Shown: positions 19,001 through 27,020 of the stretch, piece after piece
How positions within the stretch are numbered: the stretch's first letter is position 1
Layout of the letters: each line of letters starts with the position of its first letter
NCBI GenBank assembly: GCA_965204385.1
Contig: OZ241984.1
Location: 2,644,984 to 2,708,983 of the forward strand
Source of the DNA: Dehalococcoidia bacterium
GTDB taxonomy: Bacteria; Chloroflexota; Dehalococcoidia; Lucifugimonadales; Lucifugimonadaceae
Length of the DNA: 64,000 nucleotides
Direction of reading: 5' to 3'
Made by a program: the position numbers and the translations under genes
The notes under the pieces: model-generated
Database searches by the model: none
What the model saw: only the letters and a program-made list of their open reading frames with translations
Told to the model about the DNA's origin: nothing

Positions 19001-21404
19001 TGCGAATGTGACGCTGGTCGAGCGGTCGGACGCCAACCTGACGGCGACTTCGAGCTACACCGTCGTGCTCGACACGCTGCCCGTCGGCGGCGACGTGACG
19101 ATCACGGTCAGCGTGGTCGGCAATTCGGACATCAAGATCGTGGACCCGGACGACGCCGCGAACCTTCTCGCCGAGCTGGAGCTCGAGTTCACCACCTCCA
19201 ACTGGAACCAACCCCAGACGGTTACGTTGGCGGCGTTGAACGATCCTGACGCGTTGGATGAAACGGGCGCGATCAACCACGTGGCGTCGGGAGCGAACTA
19301 CGGGAACAGAGCGCCCGACGTGAGAATGTCGATCTCGATTAGTGACACGACCCTCGCGGCCGTCGGCATCGATCCCACGATGCTGTCGATGACCGAAGGG
19401 CGCACCGCGACATACACCGTGGTTTTGCAGTCGCAGCCACTGTCCACCGTCTTCGTCACGGTAACTTCCTCCGACTCCGGCGCGGTTTCGGCGGCTCCCG
19501 GCAGGTTGACTTTCAATTCCACCAACTGGGATGAGGAGCAGACCGTCACGTTGACGGCGGTGTCGGATACCGACGCCGACAACGAGATGGCGACCATCAG
19601 CCACTCGTCTTCGAGCTCCAGCGACATCGGGTACGCGTCGCTGACGAACCTGGATTCGGTCACCGTGTCGGTAGTCGAGGATGGATCGGCCCGCACGGAC
19701 ACCTCTTCGTTCCTGCAGAGCTCATCATGTGACGGAAACGTCACGCTGACTTGGAACTCGCCCACATCGGACGACGCTGTGATCGCGTCGTACCAGATCG
19801 AGTGGCGTGCCAGCGATCAGCAGTACGACAGCAGCCGCTCAGTGACGGCCGCGGCGGGAAGCACGCGATACTTGTTGACTTCTTTGAAGAACGGTGTCCA
19901 GTACTCCGTCCGAGTGGTCGGCCTCGACGACGTCGGAACGCCGCTTTGGTCGCGCGAAACCACGGCGGCGCCTACTTCCAGGTCGTGCATAACAGACGTC
20001 CAATTCGGCAACATCCTGTACGACAGCGCACCGGTGACGGTTACGGTCGACGACCCCGAACCAGGCACGCAGGTGAACCTGCGGCACCGGAGCCTAAACC
20101 CCGGCGTTTGGAGCGACACCCAGGGCAAGCAGTTGGAGCCGGGTCAGAATGAGGTCACGTTCGACGTGCGCGGTTTGGTACCGGACCACGAGTACGAGGT
20201 CCAAATGTGGCTAGGAACCACAAGCGCGCCCCCTTCGACCGACGAAGGAACGGCATCGATTGCGCAGACGATCTTCAGCACTCCCGCGGCGCCCGAGGGT
20301 GTGACAGTCCGGGCATTCTCCGGAAGCGGCGGCGGTTCTATTGCGCGGATACTTCGCATCGAGCCGTCGATCGTATCGGTGAGACTGGGCAGTGGCGACG
20401 AGGTCCTTCTCTCGGTGGAGGTCTGGGGTCGCCAGGGCATTGCGGACAACGGGTTGGCCGACAAGGATCCTTCGGATGGCCGGCCGGAATTCGTCTGGAC
20501 GTCGGACGGTGGCGGGAGTTTTACGGAAGGCCGAGTGAAACCCGAGTGGAGCGATGGGCTGGCGAATGACCGTGAGGTCCTCTACGTGGCGCCGGAATCT
20601 TCCGGCACGCACACGGTGACGGTGAGTCTCGCCGACTCGCCGCAGTGCCTTTCGGTCCGTGAAGACGAGACTGAGCAAGATCATCTGGCGCGGTGCACGG
20701 CTCAGATCGAAGTGGTCGTGAAGCGCCGCACGGCGATCTCAATTTCGACAACGGCACCGGTGAACCCGCCTGGGACGATACCAGAGACGCTCACAGATTC
20801 GGACGGGATCGCGTATGCGGTTTTCACCCCGATCGAGGGCGGGAGCTTCGTAGGGGACGGTTTCTCCGTCACAGCGGGTCCCGGTGCGGTTGCCAACGGC
20901 GAGTTTATCGGAGTCGGTATGACCCCAACGGGCGACGCTTCGAACGTCGGCAAGACTTGGCATCGATACACGCTTGCGGGCTCTAGCTACTCCGTCGGCA
21001 TCATCGACTCGACTGCGGAACCGGTATCGGAGTACGCGTTGGGCGAACCCGTTTTGGCGTGCGTACCCATGCCCGGAAAGTTAGGCGGAAACATCAGCGA
21101 CATCGCGCTCGTCAAGACCGACGGCGACCGCGGACTGACGGTGTTGTCGACGCGAGTACGGATCACGCCTGAAGGTCCGTTGGTCTGCGGGGCACTGTCG
21201 ACGGTGCCCGCGACACTCGCCGTTGCCAGAGAGGGATCGCCCTTGGATCCGCCCGAAGAGGAACCGGTAACCATAGATGAACTTCCAGATACCGGCGGTT
21301 CAAGACTCGCCGTCTACCTGCTCGCAGCGTTCATGCTGATCGGGCTTGGCGGCTCCATCGGAGGGCGAAGGTTAGCACGCAGAGGCCGTGCGTCGAACCG
21401 CTAA
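13089..21404 (+). CDS. Giant (2771 aa) cell-surface repeat protein with LPXTG-type sortase anchor
   Basis: Signal peptide 'RLRVPVILAAVAVTALVLGGLDRPVLAQ'. FN3-like segments. At least 16 ~100-aa beta-sandwich repeats share 'LTFT..NW(N)..Q.VTV.A..D.D' and end in 'V(N/T)V(T/N)DDD'. The C-terminus is 'LPDTGGS' plus the hydrophobic 'RLAVYLLAAFMLIGLGGSIGG' plus 'RRLARRGRASNR'. Confidence 0.9.
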   Translation: MPHSNENGLIRRRFASVLRLRVPVILAAVAVTALVLGGLDRPVLAQTPTTPTGLTATADSATSVSLSWDTTTDTNTAGYKVLRRVGTTGNFTEVEDDTGSTTASYTDDTVSGDTTYQYQVKAIMGTNESAASNTAEARTPPESVWSATLTVGSGTFPGTQVVDEHLFGYFGVSGADFGTFSDDDFDIGSTTYTVTAVMYGRLTGDTDFRLYVIFYDADLNGLQLPARFKQIKVGDDVFDLDGNWVTARSIYSIPVSESPFPAVGQTVSVEIATSFPVVTVDTDTVTDGVQSDALSVTEGATGTYSMVLDTEPTGDVTVTPTAPDGLSVSPDSLTFTRGNWETAQSFTVTAEQDDDLADESGLEITHAVSGYGSLTTADAVTVNVTDDDTADITITPTTLAVNEESTATYTVVLDFQPSSDVTVTLTQPTNTDVTADTDTSTTDVDDTTLTFTSTNWNTPQTVTVSAADDTDITNDTATITHAATQPGTTGEYEGITVGSVTVNVNDNDIITLSVSSLTVEEGGASKTYTVKLARQPSANVTVTLTTSAAIGLTVDTSATVGLQNTLMFTMDNYNNAQTVTVLATNDADGFDNTGTITHTVSGGGLSGTSGLSTTVDDDETVGLVFGGSATDGDADGDFEMTVTEGTDSGSSNQYTVKLSSQPFPTNQNVTVKVTAPAGLLTLKKTGQTTAAKTVNLIFTGTNWNTPQTVTVVAGDDDDSFDATGISVTHEASGANFGSVSEPIDFTVEDDDSPSLVFSKTTIDVDETNATVTTTYTVKLATQPSETVTVTLSQPTNTDVTVDTNTTETGNQNTLMFTTSNWNNAQTVTVRVASDRDAADESATITSTASQSDTSKEYHGVTGADVTVNVDDNESATITGIPGSTTVTEPTTGTSTLHVGTIRLSAPPTSPVTLTMAVEAVTPAQVMGQSWTDPDVSMARQTLTLNDGNWNMGVALQVVVATDDDAENDVARVTYTVTQSGGAQEYDGYSIANTTVNVTDPETPKVQYKKSTETTFADEPDLDMDEGGTMNVDVRLTHRPRGNAVVSVSVPSGSGLAVTPTNRRLTFTPNAWTSAQSMQYTFSHTADDDAFSQVYELDFSVSGYGSDATVEDLELTVDDGDDVEASVDPVAPATMLPDTVDEQDATGVKYKISLESRPSTSTGAAGTVSIRITSSDSTVTATPNPVVLNSSNWEDGVVVTVKAANDADGADEEVTLSHAATSQVSGENGDYHNVAIDNVVLTIDDNDTPAVEFHADDIEVDSVTGVRSIEVDEPNTRIAEVADFRVRLTTEPTDRVFVQATNPTDDEDVWLTLLTQISRGFVAGDYQNWKTFDVFSRADDDTADETATITFSVTQDGSGFDEYEDVEVDDLLIKVIDPDRSAAVVTSDGSPVTKLTVLEEGMLDYHVALSHAPASGDELTVTLTVTGAGTQITLDTDTDMAGNQNTLTFNSTNWNTRQQVTVTGVADTNLVDEKYTIAHAVTGTRASTTVTNLEITRSDNDRPNLDLGGFASRVVPENDSISLGIKLTQQPSDDVTLTVTATGNTDVKFSTDDCTTLASTGTLTFTDSNWDESQSLKLCAAEDYDASNDSASLTFSASGGGYDSLSYPAFPVTVNDNDTEGITVSPSTLDITEVDGGVGTGTYNVSLSAAPTGGVVTVNVNVTDNTDVTTNPRTLTFALSDWTAAGTQTVSKSVEVRVADDDGAGDETADISHTQSGVAYDAGTGGLGGVRVNVTDTDIRAVVFAADDPFEFDEGGSKTYTVRLDTEPTGTVTVSIGDPDATDDIRVDKTALDFTARNWNSPQTVRVSADADDDAVDDTVTITHTVSGADYGANDVTADSLDVNVNDLNVRGVAVDTDPDRVGPQDELVIGEGFSGSYEVMLGTQPVGGTVTVAITSDNSDVTVSPTSLEFTATDWNDPQDVTVTSGQDDDSDADTATLSHTPSGADYAGVTGGQVTVTVNDDDAPSFSTSAANVTLVERSDANLTATSSYTVVLDTLPVGGDVTITVSVVGNSDIKIVDPDDAANLLAELELEFTTSNWNQPQTVTLAALNDPDALDETGAINHVASGANYGNRAPDVRMSISISDTTLAAVGIDPTMLSMTEGRTATYTVVLQSQPLSTVFVTVTSSDSGAVSAAPGRLTFNSTNWDEEQTVTLTAVSDTDADNEMATISHSSSSSSDIGYASLTNLDSVTVSVVEDGSARTDTSSFLQSSSCDGNVTLTWNSPTSDDAVIASYQIEWRASDQQYDSSRSVTAAAGSTRYLLTSLKNGVQYSVRVVGLDDVGTPLWSRETTAAPTSRSCITDVQFGNILYDSAPVTVTVDDPEPGTQVNLRHRSLNPGVWSDTQGKQLEPGQNEVTFDVRGLVPDHEYEVQMWLGTTSAPPSTDEGTASIAQTIFSTPAAPEGVTVRAFSGSGGGSIARILRIEPSIVSVRLGSGDEVLLSVEVWGRQGIADNGLADKDPSDGRPEFVWTSDGGGSFTEGRVKPEWSDGLANDREVLYVAPESSGTHTVTVSLADSPQCLSVREDETEQDHLARCTAQIEVVVKRRTAISISTTAPVNPPGTIPETLTDSDGIAYAVFTPIEGGSFVGDGFSVTAGPGAVANGEFIGVGMTPTGDASNVGKTWHRYTLAGSSYSVGIIDSTAEPVSEYALGEPVLACVPMPGKLGGNISDIALVKTDGDRGLTVLSTRVRITPEGPLVCGALSTVPATLAVAREGSPLDPPEEEPVTIDELPDTGGSRLAVYLLAAFMLIGLGGSIGGRRLARRGRASNR

Positions 21405-21622
21405 TTCACCACTCACCAAGGACTGCGCCATTGAGGTGGCACATCGCAGTTCTGATCGTGGTTGCGGCCGCGGGTCTGACGGCGATCTTCGTCCAGTTTT
21501 TCGGAATCGATGAGGGCCATTGGGCATCCGCGCCCACGCTCGACCCAATCACGGCCAGGGAGGTGCAGCACAACTGGACGTTCGTCCCGCCATCGCGGTA
21601 ATCAGAGGACAGGTTCCGACTG

Positions 21623-21967
21623 ATGTGCGCCACCGATGCAGCCCTGAACAACGACTACACCTTCAAATCCGTGACAACAAGATACAAACACACCTGCGGG
21701 CTAATTGACGGAAACACCGCAGGGCATGCAGATGGTGAGGCACTGTGCTGGGGCCGCAACACTGTCGGACAATCTGCACCGCCAGTTGCCTCAAATTCGA
21801 CAAATTTCAACTTTTCGCAGGTCGCCGTGCGCCGTCTGCACACATGCGGTTTGTTGGACGATCAGAACGGGCAACCGAGCGGCAAGGCGGTTTGTTGGGG
21901 CGATGACGGTCGGGGACAAGCCAGCGTGTGGTTGCCCTCTGGGCTGGGTTGTTCAAGAAATGCGTAG
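21623..21967 (+). CDS. RCC1-repeat (beta-propeller blade) protein fragment
   Basis: Two repeats of 'HTCGL.D......G.A.CWG.N..GQ'. An N-terminal TM segment is encoded in the same frame from TTG 21431 but is cut off by TAA 21599-21601, so this may be a pseudogene. Confidence 0.45.
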   Translation: MCATDAALNNDYTFKSVTTRYKHTCGLIDGNTAGHADGEALCWGRNTVGQSAPPVASNSTNFNFSQVAVRRLHTCGLLDDQNGQPSGKAVCWGDDGRGQASVWLPSGLGCSRNA

Positions 21968-22059
21968 CACCGTTGGTTTCAGATCCGGTCCGCCGGTTCG
22001 CTGGCAATTCGCTGAGAAATCGGGGAAAACTCGCGCCCGCTTTCTTTATCGCTTCATTC

Positions 22060-22527
22060 ATGACGATCACGGTGGTGATCGTTTCGGTAGCGTCGCTGTC
22101 CAAGTTGATGTCTCCGTCTTCTGACGCCTACGATCATTACGGGATCGACGACGATCGTTTCACGATCAATTCTCTCTCTGCAACCAGCACCGAACCCGGC
22201 AACATGATTTTGACTTGGGACGAAGCCGACCCTGTCCCGTCGAGATATCGCGTCACCTTGGGGATGCCGGACCAGGAAATAACGTTCGATGCTGTTGCGA
22301 ATGCAGATCTGACTGAGCAACCGAGTTTCTTGTTGAGGGGGCTCGCGCCGGGCGAGGTGTACAGAGACTGGGTGCAAGCCGAGTATGAAAGATCAGATGA
22401 TGGGACGATCCACTTGGGCCCTTGGAGTCCGCCTGTCGAAGTCATAGCCAGCGGAATTCCATCTGACACGAAGTCTCCCGAACCGCGGGAAACCGCTGTA
22501 ATCCAAACCACGGACAACGTCGACTAA
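22060..22527 (+). CDS. Small membrane-anchored FN3-like protein
   Basis: 'MTITVVIVSVASL' anchor, then 'LSATSTEPGNMILTWDEADPVPSRYRVTL...LAPGEVYRDWVQAEY' (FN3-like). The start is uncertain (the ORF opens at 21928). Confidence 0.4.
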   Translation: MTITVVIVSVASLSKLMSPSSDAYDHYGIDDDRFTINSLSATSTEPGNMILTWDEADPVPSRYRVTLGMPDQEITFDAVANADLTEQPSFLLRGLAPGEVYRDWVQAEYERSDDGTIHLGPWSPPVEVIASGIPSDTKSPEPRETAVIQTTDNVD

Positions 22528-22780
22528 AGGCGACAGCAAAGATCCTGATTCCACCGCTGTTCCACTATTACCGGGGTTATTGGAATCAGGAATTCGATTC
22601 ATTTCTCGATTGGGCGAAGATCAACGGACGCGGCGTGATGAATGCCATGTTCCGGACAACGTTGCCGAAGGGATGGAGTGAAGGCGAGTTTCGGTTCGGT
22701 CGGCTTGGGCTCGATACCTTGGTTTACCTTTCTTTGCCAGATCGTTCAAGGCGATTGACTTACTACGTAGATTCGACACG

Positions 22781-23800
22781 TCACGCCTTGTAGCAGGCGG
22801 CTAGGTGGCCTCTTCCCTTGTCTTCGAGTGGCGGGTGGTCGTTGTTTCGGCAGAAGTTGTCGGCGATTGGGCAGCGGTCGTAGAACCTGCATCGGGGGAG
22901 TGGATCGACTGGGACTGAGACGGAGCCTTTGATGTCGATTGGGTCTCTGGTCGCGCCGGGATCTGGGACGGGGACGGCTGACAGGAGCGCTTTCGTGTAG
23001 GGGTGAACGGGATTTTGGAGGACGTCTTCGGTCTCCCCCATCTCGACGATTTTGCCGAGATACATGACGGCGATTCGGTTGCACATGTACCTGGCGACGG
23101 CGAGGTCGTGTGTGATGTAGAGGTAGCTGATGCCTAGGCGATCTGCCAGCTCGCCCATGAGTTGCATGATGCCGGTCCTGATGGAGATGTCCAGCATCGA
23201 TGTCGGCTCGTCGGCGACGACGAACGACGGGTTCATCACCAGCGCTCTTGCTATCGCCACGCGTTGTCTCTGACCGCCTGACAACTCGTGGGGGAATCTG
23301 AACAGGAAGGAAGAAGGTGGTGTCAGACCGACCAAGCCGAGAGTTTCGGAAACACGTTCCAACCGCTGCGTGTGATCGCCCATCTTCTGGACCTGCAAAG
23401 GCTCGGCTACAGTGTCGAAGATCGTCCGTCTGGGATTCATCGACTCGTATGGGTCTTGGAACACCATCTGCGCCCTGCGTCTGAAATCTTTTAGAGGCTG
23501 TCCCTTGAGGTGTGCGATGTCCTCAAGATCGCCGGACTCGTTCTGGAAAAGTACTTGGCCGTCTGTAGGTTCTGCCAATCTCACCAGCATCCTGCCCGTG
23601 GTCGTCTTGCCGCATCCCGATTCGCCGACAATCCCGAGGGTTTCGCCTGCCATTAGATCAAACGAAACGCCGTCCACGGCGTGGACAAAGCTGGGATTTC
23701 GATCCCACCATCCCGAGGACAATGGGAATCGCTTGGAGAGGTCGACGGCCCTTAACAGCAGGCGAGAGGTGGTTGCGGGAATGGGTTGAGTGTCGATCAT
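22781..23800 (-). CDS. oppF: Oligopeptide/dipeptide ABC transporter ATP-binding protein (OppF/DppF type)
   Basis: Walker A 'GESGCGKTT', '[12 protein letters not shown]', '[11 protein letters not shown]' and the C-terminal Opp-type extension with Cys motif '[11 protein letters not shown]'. Confidence 0.9.
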   Translation of the reverse strand: MIDTQPIPATTSRLLLRAVDLSKRFPLSSGWWDRNPSFVHAVDGVSFDLMAGETLGIVGESGCGKTTTGRMLVRLAEPTDGQVLFQNESGDLEDIAHLKGQPLKDFRRRAQMVFQDPYESMNPRRTIFDTVAEPLQVQKMGDHTQRLERVSETLGLVGLTPPSSFLFRFPHELSGGQRQRVAIARALVMNPSFVVADEPTSMLDISIRTGIMQLMGELADRLGISYLYITHDLAVARYMCNRIAVMYLGKIVEMGETEDVLQNPVHPYTKALLSAVPVPDPGATRDPIDIKGSVSVPVDPLPRCRFYDRCPIADNFCRNNDHPPLEDKGRGHLAACYKA

Positions 23801-23804
23801 CGCT

Positions 23805-24770
23805 TCACTCTTCCGATGGGTTCCAGCAAGCCGCCCATTGGTCACCGCGCTTTACTATCGGCGGTGCGGAGGTTCGGCATTCATCAGTCGCGTACGCGCA
23901 CCGCGGATTGAAGGCGCATCCGCCGGGTGGGTCCAGCAGGTTCGGGGGTTCTCCAGGCAAGCTGACCAGTTCGTGCTTCTCGCCTCTAACACTCGGGAAG
24001 GCAGACATGAGTGCGCGGGTATAGGGATGGATTGGTCTTGCGTATACGTCGGCAGTAGGTCCGAACTCGACGAGTTTCCCGGCATACATCACGCCGACTA
24101 CATCGCAGACCTCGGCGATCACGGCCATGTCGTGCGAGATGTAGATCATGCTCATGTCGAGTGAACGCTGGATCGCCTGCATCTCCCGGAGTATGTGGTC
24201 TTGGACGATCACGTCCAACGCGGTGGTTGGTTCGTCGGCGATGATGATGTCTGGTTCGCACGCCAACGCCATGGCGATGATGGCGCGCTGCCTCATGCCG
24301 CCGCTGTACTCGTGCGGGTAGCGCAGTATGTAGCTTGGATCGAGGCTGACTAGATCGAAAAGTTCTCTGACTCGCTCCATCGAGTCGCGGCCTGCCGACG
24401 GATAGTGCGCTTCTAACGCCTCTACGATCTGGTCTCCGACACGGTAGACGGGATCGAGCGAGTTCATCGCGGCTTGGAACACCATCGAGATGCGATCCCA
24501 TCGGTGGGGCCTCATTTCGTCTTCGCTGAGCGGCACGAGATCGACGCCGTTCAATGCGATGCTGCCCGAAACGAGCCTCGCATTGTCCGGTAGCAGCTTC
24601 AACAATGTCATTGCGATCGAAGACTTGCCGCAACCCGACTCGCCAACGAGCCCAAGCGACTGTCCGCGTTCCACCGAGAACGATACGCCGTCGACCGCAC
24701 GCACTACACCGGCTTGCGTCATATAGTGCATCTTCAAATCGTCGACGACTAGGACAGGATCGGAGGTCAT
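23805..24770 (-). CDS. oppD: Oligopeptide/dipeptide ABC transporter ATP-binding protein (OppD/DppD type)
   Basis: 'GESGCGKSS', 'YSGGMRQRAIIAMAL', 'IIADEPTTALD', 'GCAFNPRCAYA'. The ATG at 24770 overlaps the upstream stop (ATGA). Confidence 0.9.
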   Translation of the reverse strand: MTSDPVLVVDDLKMHYMTQAGVVRAVDGVSFSVERGQSLGLVGESGCGKSSIAMTLLKLLPDNARLVSGSIALNGVDLVPLSEDEMRPHRWDRISMVFQAAMNSLDPVYRVGDQIVEALEAHYPSAGRDSMERVRELFDLVSLDPSYILRYPHEYSGGMRQRAIIAMALACEPDIIIADEPTTALDVIVQDHILREMQAIQRSLDMSMIYISHDMAVIAEVCDVVGVMYAGKLVEFGPTADVYARPIHPYTRALMSAFPSVRGEKHELVSLPGEPPNLLDPPGGCAFNPRCAYATDECRTSAPPIVKRGDQWAACWNPSEE

Positions 24771-25717
24771 CGTCTCCTCAGCCTTGGATTCACTACCTCG
24801 TCGAGGGAGCGTCCGACGAGGTAGAAGGCGGAACATAGCAGGGTGATTGACAGGCTGGCCGGGAATATCAGCCACCAGAACTCGGCGACTTGGAGAAGGT
24901 ATCCAGCCGACTCGGTAGTGTGAATCATCAGTCCCCAACTCATCCGCACGTTGAGCAGGCCGAGGAAGCTCAGCACCGCTTCGGAGAAGATCGCGCTGGT
25001 GACGGTGAACATCATGTAGAGGAACGATAGCGGGAGTAGATTCGGCACGATATGCACCATGATGATGTGGAAGTGTCCGCCGCCCGCGCTCCTAGCGGCA
25101 TCGATGTATGGCTTAACTACCACGGACAGTGCCTGGGATTTCAGCACCACGCCAGTAGCGCCGAAGCCGGAAAGGATGCCGATCAACAGTGCCAGTTCGA
25201 AGTGTTCGACGCCGATTAGCGCGCTGAGCACGATGAGCACACTGATGGCGGGCATCATGATCATGATGTCGGCGAGCCTCATCAGGATCGTGTCGACGAT
25301 ACCCCCGAAGTATGCAGCGATCGCGCCTACCGATGTTCCGATGACGACAGTTACGGTTGCGGCGAGCAGGCCGAGCAGGAACTCCGACCTTGCGCTGAAC
25401 ATGAGCTGGCTGAGAATATCCCTGCCGAGTGGATCGGTTCCCAACGGGTGCTTCAGGCTTGGCGGCGCGGGTTGCTTAGTTTCGTCGAACGCGTAACCGA
25501 TGACCGGATCGTAGATGCGCGGTTCCCAGACGGTGTTCATCAGGATTGGGTGCGCCAGAGCGAGGATCGCGTAGGTGACTATTATCGCCAGTCCCAACAG
25601 GCCGATGCGAGTTCGGATGAAAAGCCCCCAGTTTTCGCGAATGGATCGAGAAGCCAGCCTCAGGCGGGCTCGCCAAACAGAGCTCGGTACGGCAGGTTGA
25701 GCGTCAATGGTTGCCAT
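24767..25717 (-). CDS. oppC: Peptide ABC transporter permease (OppC/DppC type)
   Basis: BPD_transp_1-like core plus the typical 'HPLGTDPLGRDILS' N-terminal motif. The start was set at 25717 (MATIDAQ), with a 1-nt TGATG overlap with oppB. Confidence 0.85.
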   Translation of the reverse strand: MATIDAQPAVPSSVWRARLRLASRSIRENWGLFIRTRIGLLGLAIIVTYAILALAHPILMNTVWEPRIYDPVIGYAFDETKQPAPPSLKHPLGTDPLGRDILSQLMFSARSEFLLGLLAATVTVVIGTSVGAIAAYFGGIVDTILMRLADIMIMMPAISVLIVLSALIGVEHFELALLIGILSGFGATGVVLKSQALSVVVKPYIDAARSAGGGHFHIIMVHIVPNLLPLSFLYMMFTVTSAIFSEAVLSFLGLLNVRMSWGLMIHTTESAGYLLQVAEFWWLIFPASLSITLLCSAFYLVGRSLDEVVNPRLRRR

Positions 25718-26865
25718 CAGTACCGGATCCTCGGGTCGAGATACGCGTACAGGATGTCCGCAACAAGGTGGGCGACTAGGACGAAGATACCGACGAATAC
25801 GAAAGCGCCGACTGCCAGCGGAAGGTCTTCTGTCAGCGTCGCCGATACGAGCGTCTGGCCCATACCGGGCCACGAGAATATCGACTCTGTGATGACGCCG
25901 CCATCTACCGCGAATGCGAGGCTGAAAATGAAGCTCGTGACGACCGGGAGCAGGGCGTTACGTGCGACGTGCTTGTCGCGGACGGCGCGCTCGGGTAATC
26001 CCTTCGCACGCGCGGCCATCACGAAGTCCTCCCGCATCGTTTCGAGCATGCTATTGCGGGTGAGGAGCATTGTGCCAGCGAAGCTGATCAACGTGAGCGT
26101 CGCAACGGGCAGGACCATGTGCCGCAAAATGTCCCAAGCGTAGGTCATCGTCCCCGACGCCATCCATACAGCAGCCACGGCGAGAGTAGCCAAAACCATG
26201 CTGACGATGCGTATGATACGTGCGTTGCTCATCCGCCTTTGCGCCGTGATAACGAACACTGTTAGCACGACGAATGACACCGCGAATGCTGTGATGATCA
26301 TCTGAGTGAACACCGAATTGGCGTCTACGGGTGCATCTCGCCATAAGACGGGATCGAGGAATTTGCCTATCGGGAACCAACCCGCTTTGAAAGCGAAGAG
26401 CCAGATCATCATCAGTCCGAACCACGGAGTGAAGACCGTGTAGAGCGTGACTCCGCTGACGGTGGAGGTGTATTCGAACCATCCCCCTCTCCGCCACGCG
26501 ACGACTTTTCCGAGGCCAAACCCAAGATAGAAGGAGAGCGCGGTCGCAGTCATGAACAGTACTACCGTCCTGGGCAGCCTCTCTTTGATGACGTCGGCCA
26601 CCGACCTCGGGTAGTGACTGAAGGAGATGCCGAAGTTGCCGGTGAAGGTATTTTTGATGTGGACTACGTACTGTTTCCACAGCGGTTCGTTCACGCCGAA
26701 CAGATCTTGTAGGCGCTCTCGCGTCTCTGGTGGCACATCAGGATTCAGCGCGTAGAAGTTGCTGACGTCTCCGGGTTGCGCGTTGACGATGAAGAAAACG
26801 AGCGACAGAAACACGAAGAGCGTGACGAGGATCTGCGCCGTCCTCTTCAGCAGGTACTTGGCCAT
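25717..26865 (-). CDS. oppB: Peptide ABC transporter permease (OppB/DppB type, long form)
   Basis: 'MAKYLLKRTAQILVTLFVFLSLVFF' is the typical OppB N-terminus, and the C-terminus is 'ADILYAYLDPRIRY'. Confidence 0.85.
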   Translation of the reverse strand: MAKYLLKRTAQILVTLFVFLSLVFFIVNAQPGDVSNFYALNPDVPPETRERLQDLFGVNEPLWKQYVVHIKNTFTGNFGISFSHYPRSVADVIKERLPRTVVLFMTATALSFYLGFGLGKVVAWRRGGWFEYTSTVSGVTLYTVFTPWFGLMMIWLFAFKAGWFPIGKFLDPVLWRDAPVDANSVFTQMIITAFAVSFVVLTVFVITAQRRMSNARIIRIVSMVLATLAVAAVWMASGTMTYAWDILRHMVLPVATLTLISFAGTMLLTRNSMLETMREDFVMAARAKGLPERAVRDKHVARNALLPVVTSFIFSLAFAVDGGVITESIFSWPGMGQTLVSATLTEDLPLAVGAFVFVGIFVLVAHLVADILYAYLDPRIRY

Positions 26866-26904
26866 CAGCCGGTCTTAAGGATCACGTCGGTAAAACTCCC
26901 GCTA

Positions 26905-26962
26905 CCCCGCCTGTGGCTTCCGGATTTCGCTGGAATGACGAAATGTTCTGCCGAAATGACGA
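26905..26962. repeat. REP-like element, family B ('ggcttccggatttcgctggaatgacg...ccgaaatgacg')
   Basis: Degenerate copy of the 4760-4812 element. Confidence 0.6.
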
Positions 26963-27020
26963 ACGGTTGCGCGGGGTGACGGGGTTTCGGGGTGGTTTCA
27001 CGACAAGGGGAGTGGGTTTC

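Noticed and set aside
22530-22600. Hairpin 'cctgattcca-N27-tggaatcagg' downstream of the FN3 ORF as a rho-independent terminator.
   Set aside because: The loop is far too large and no U-tract follows. Noted only as an inverted repeat.
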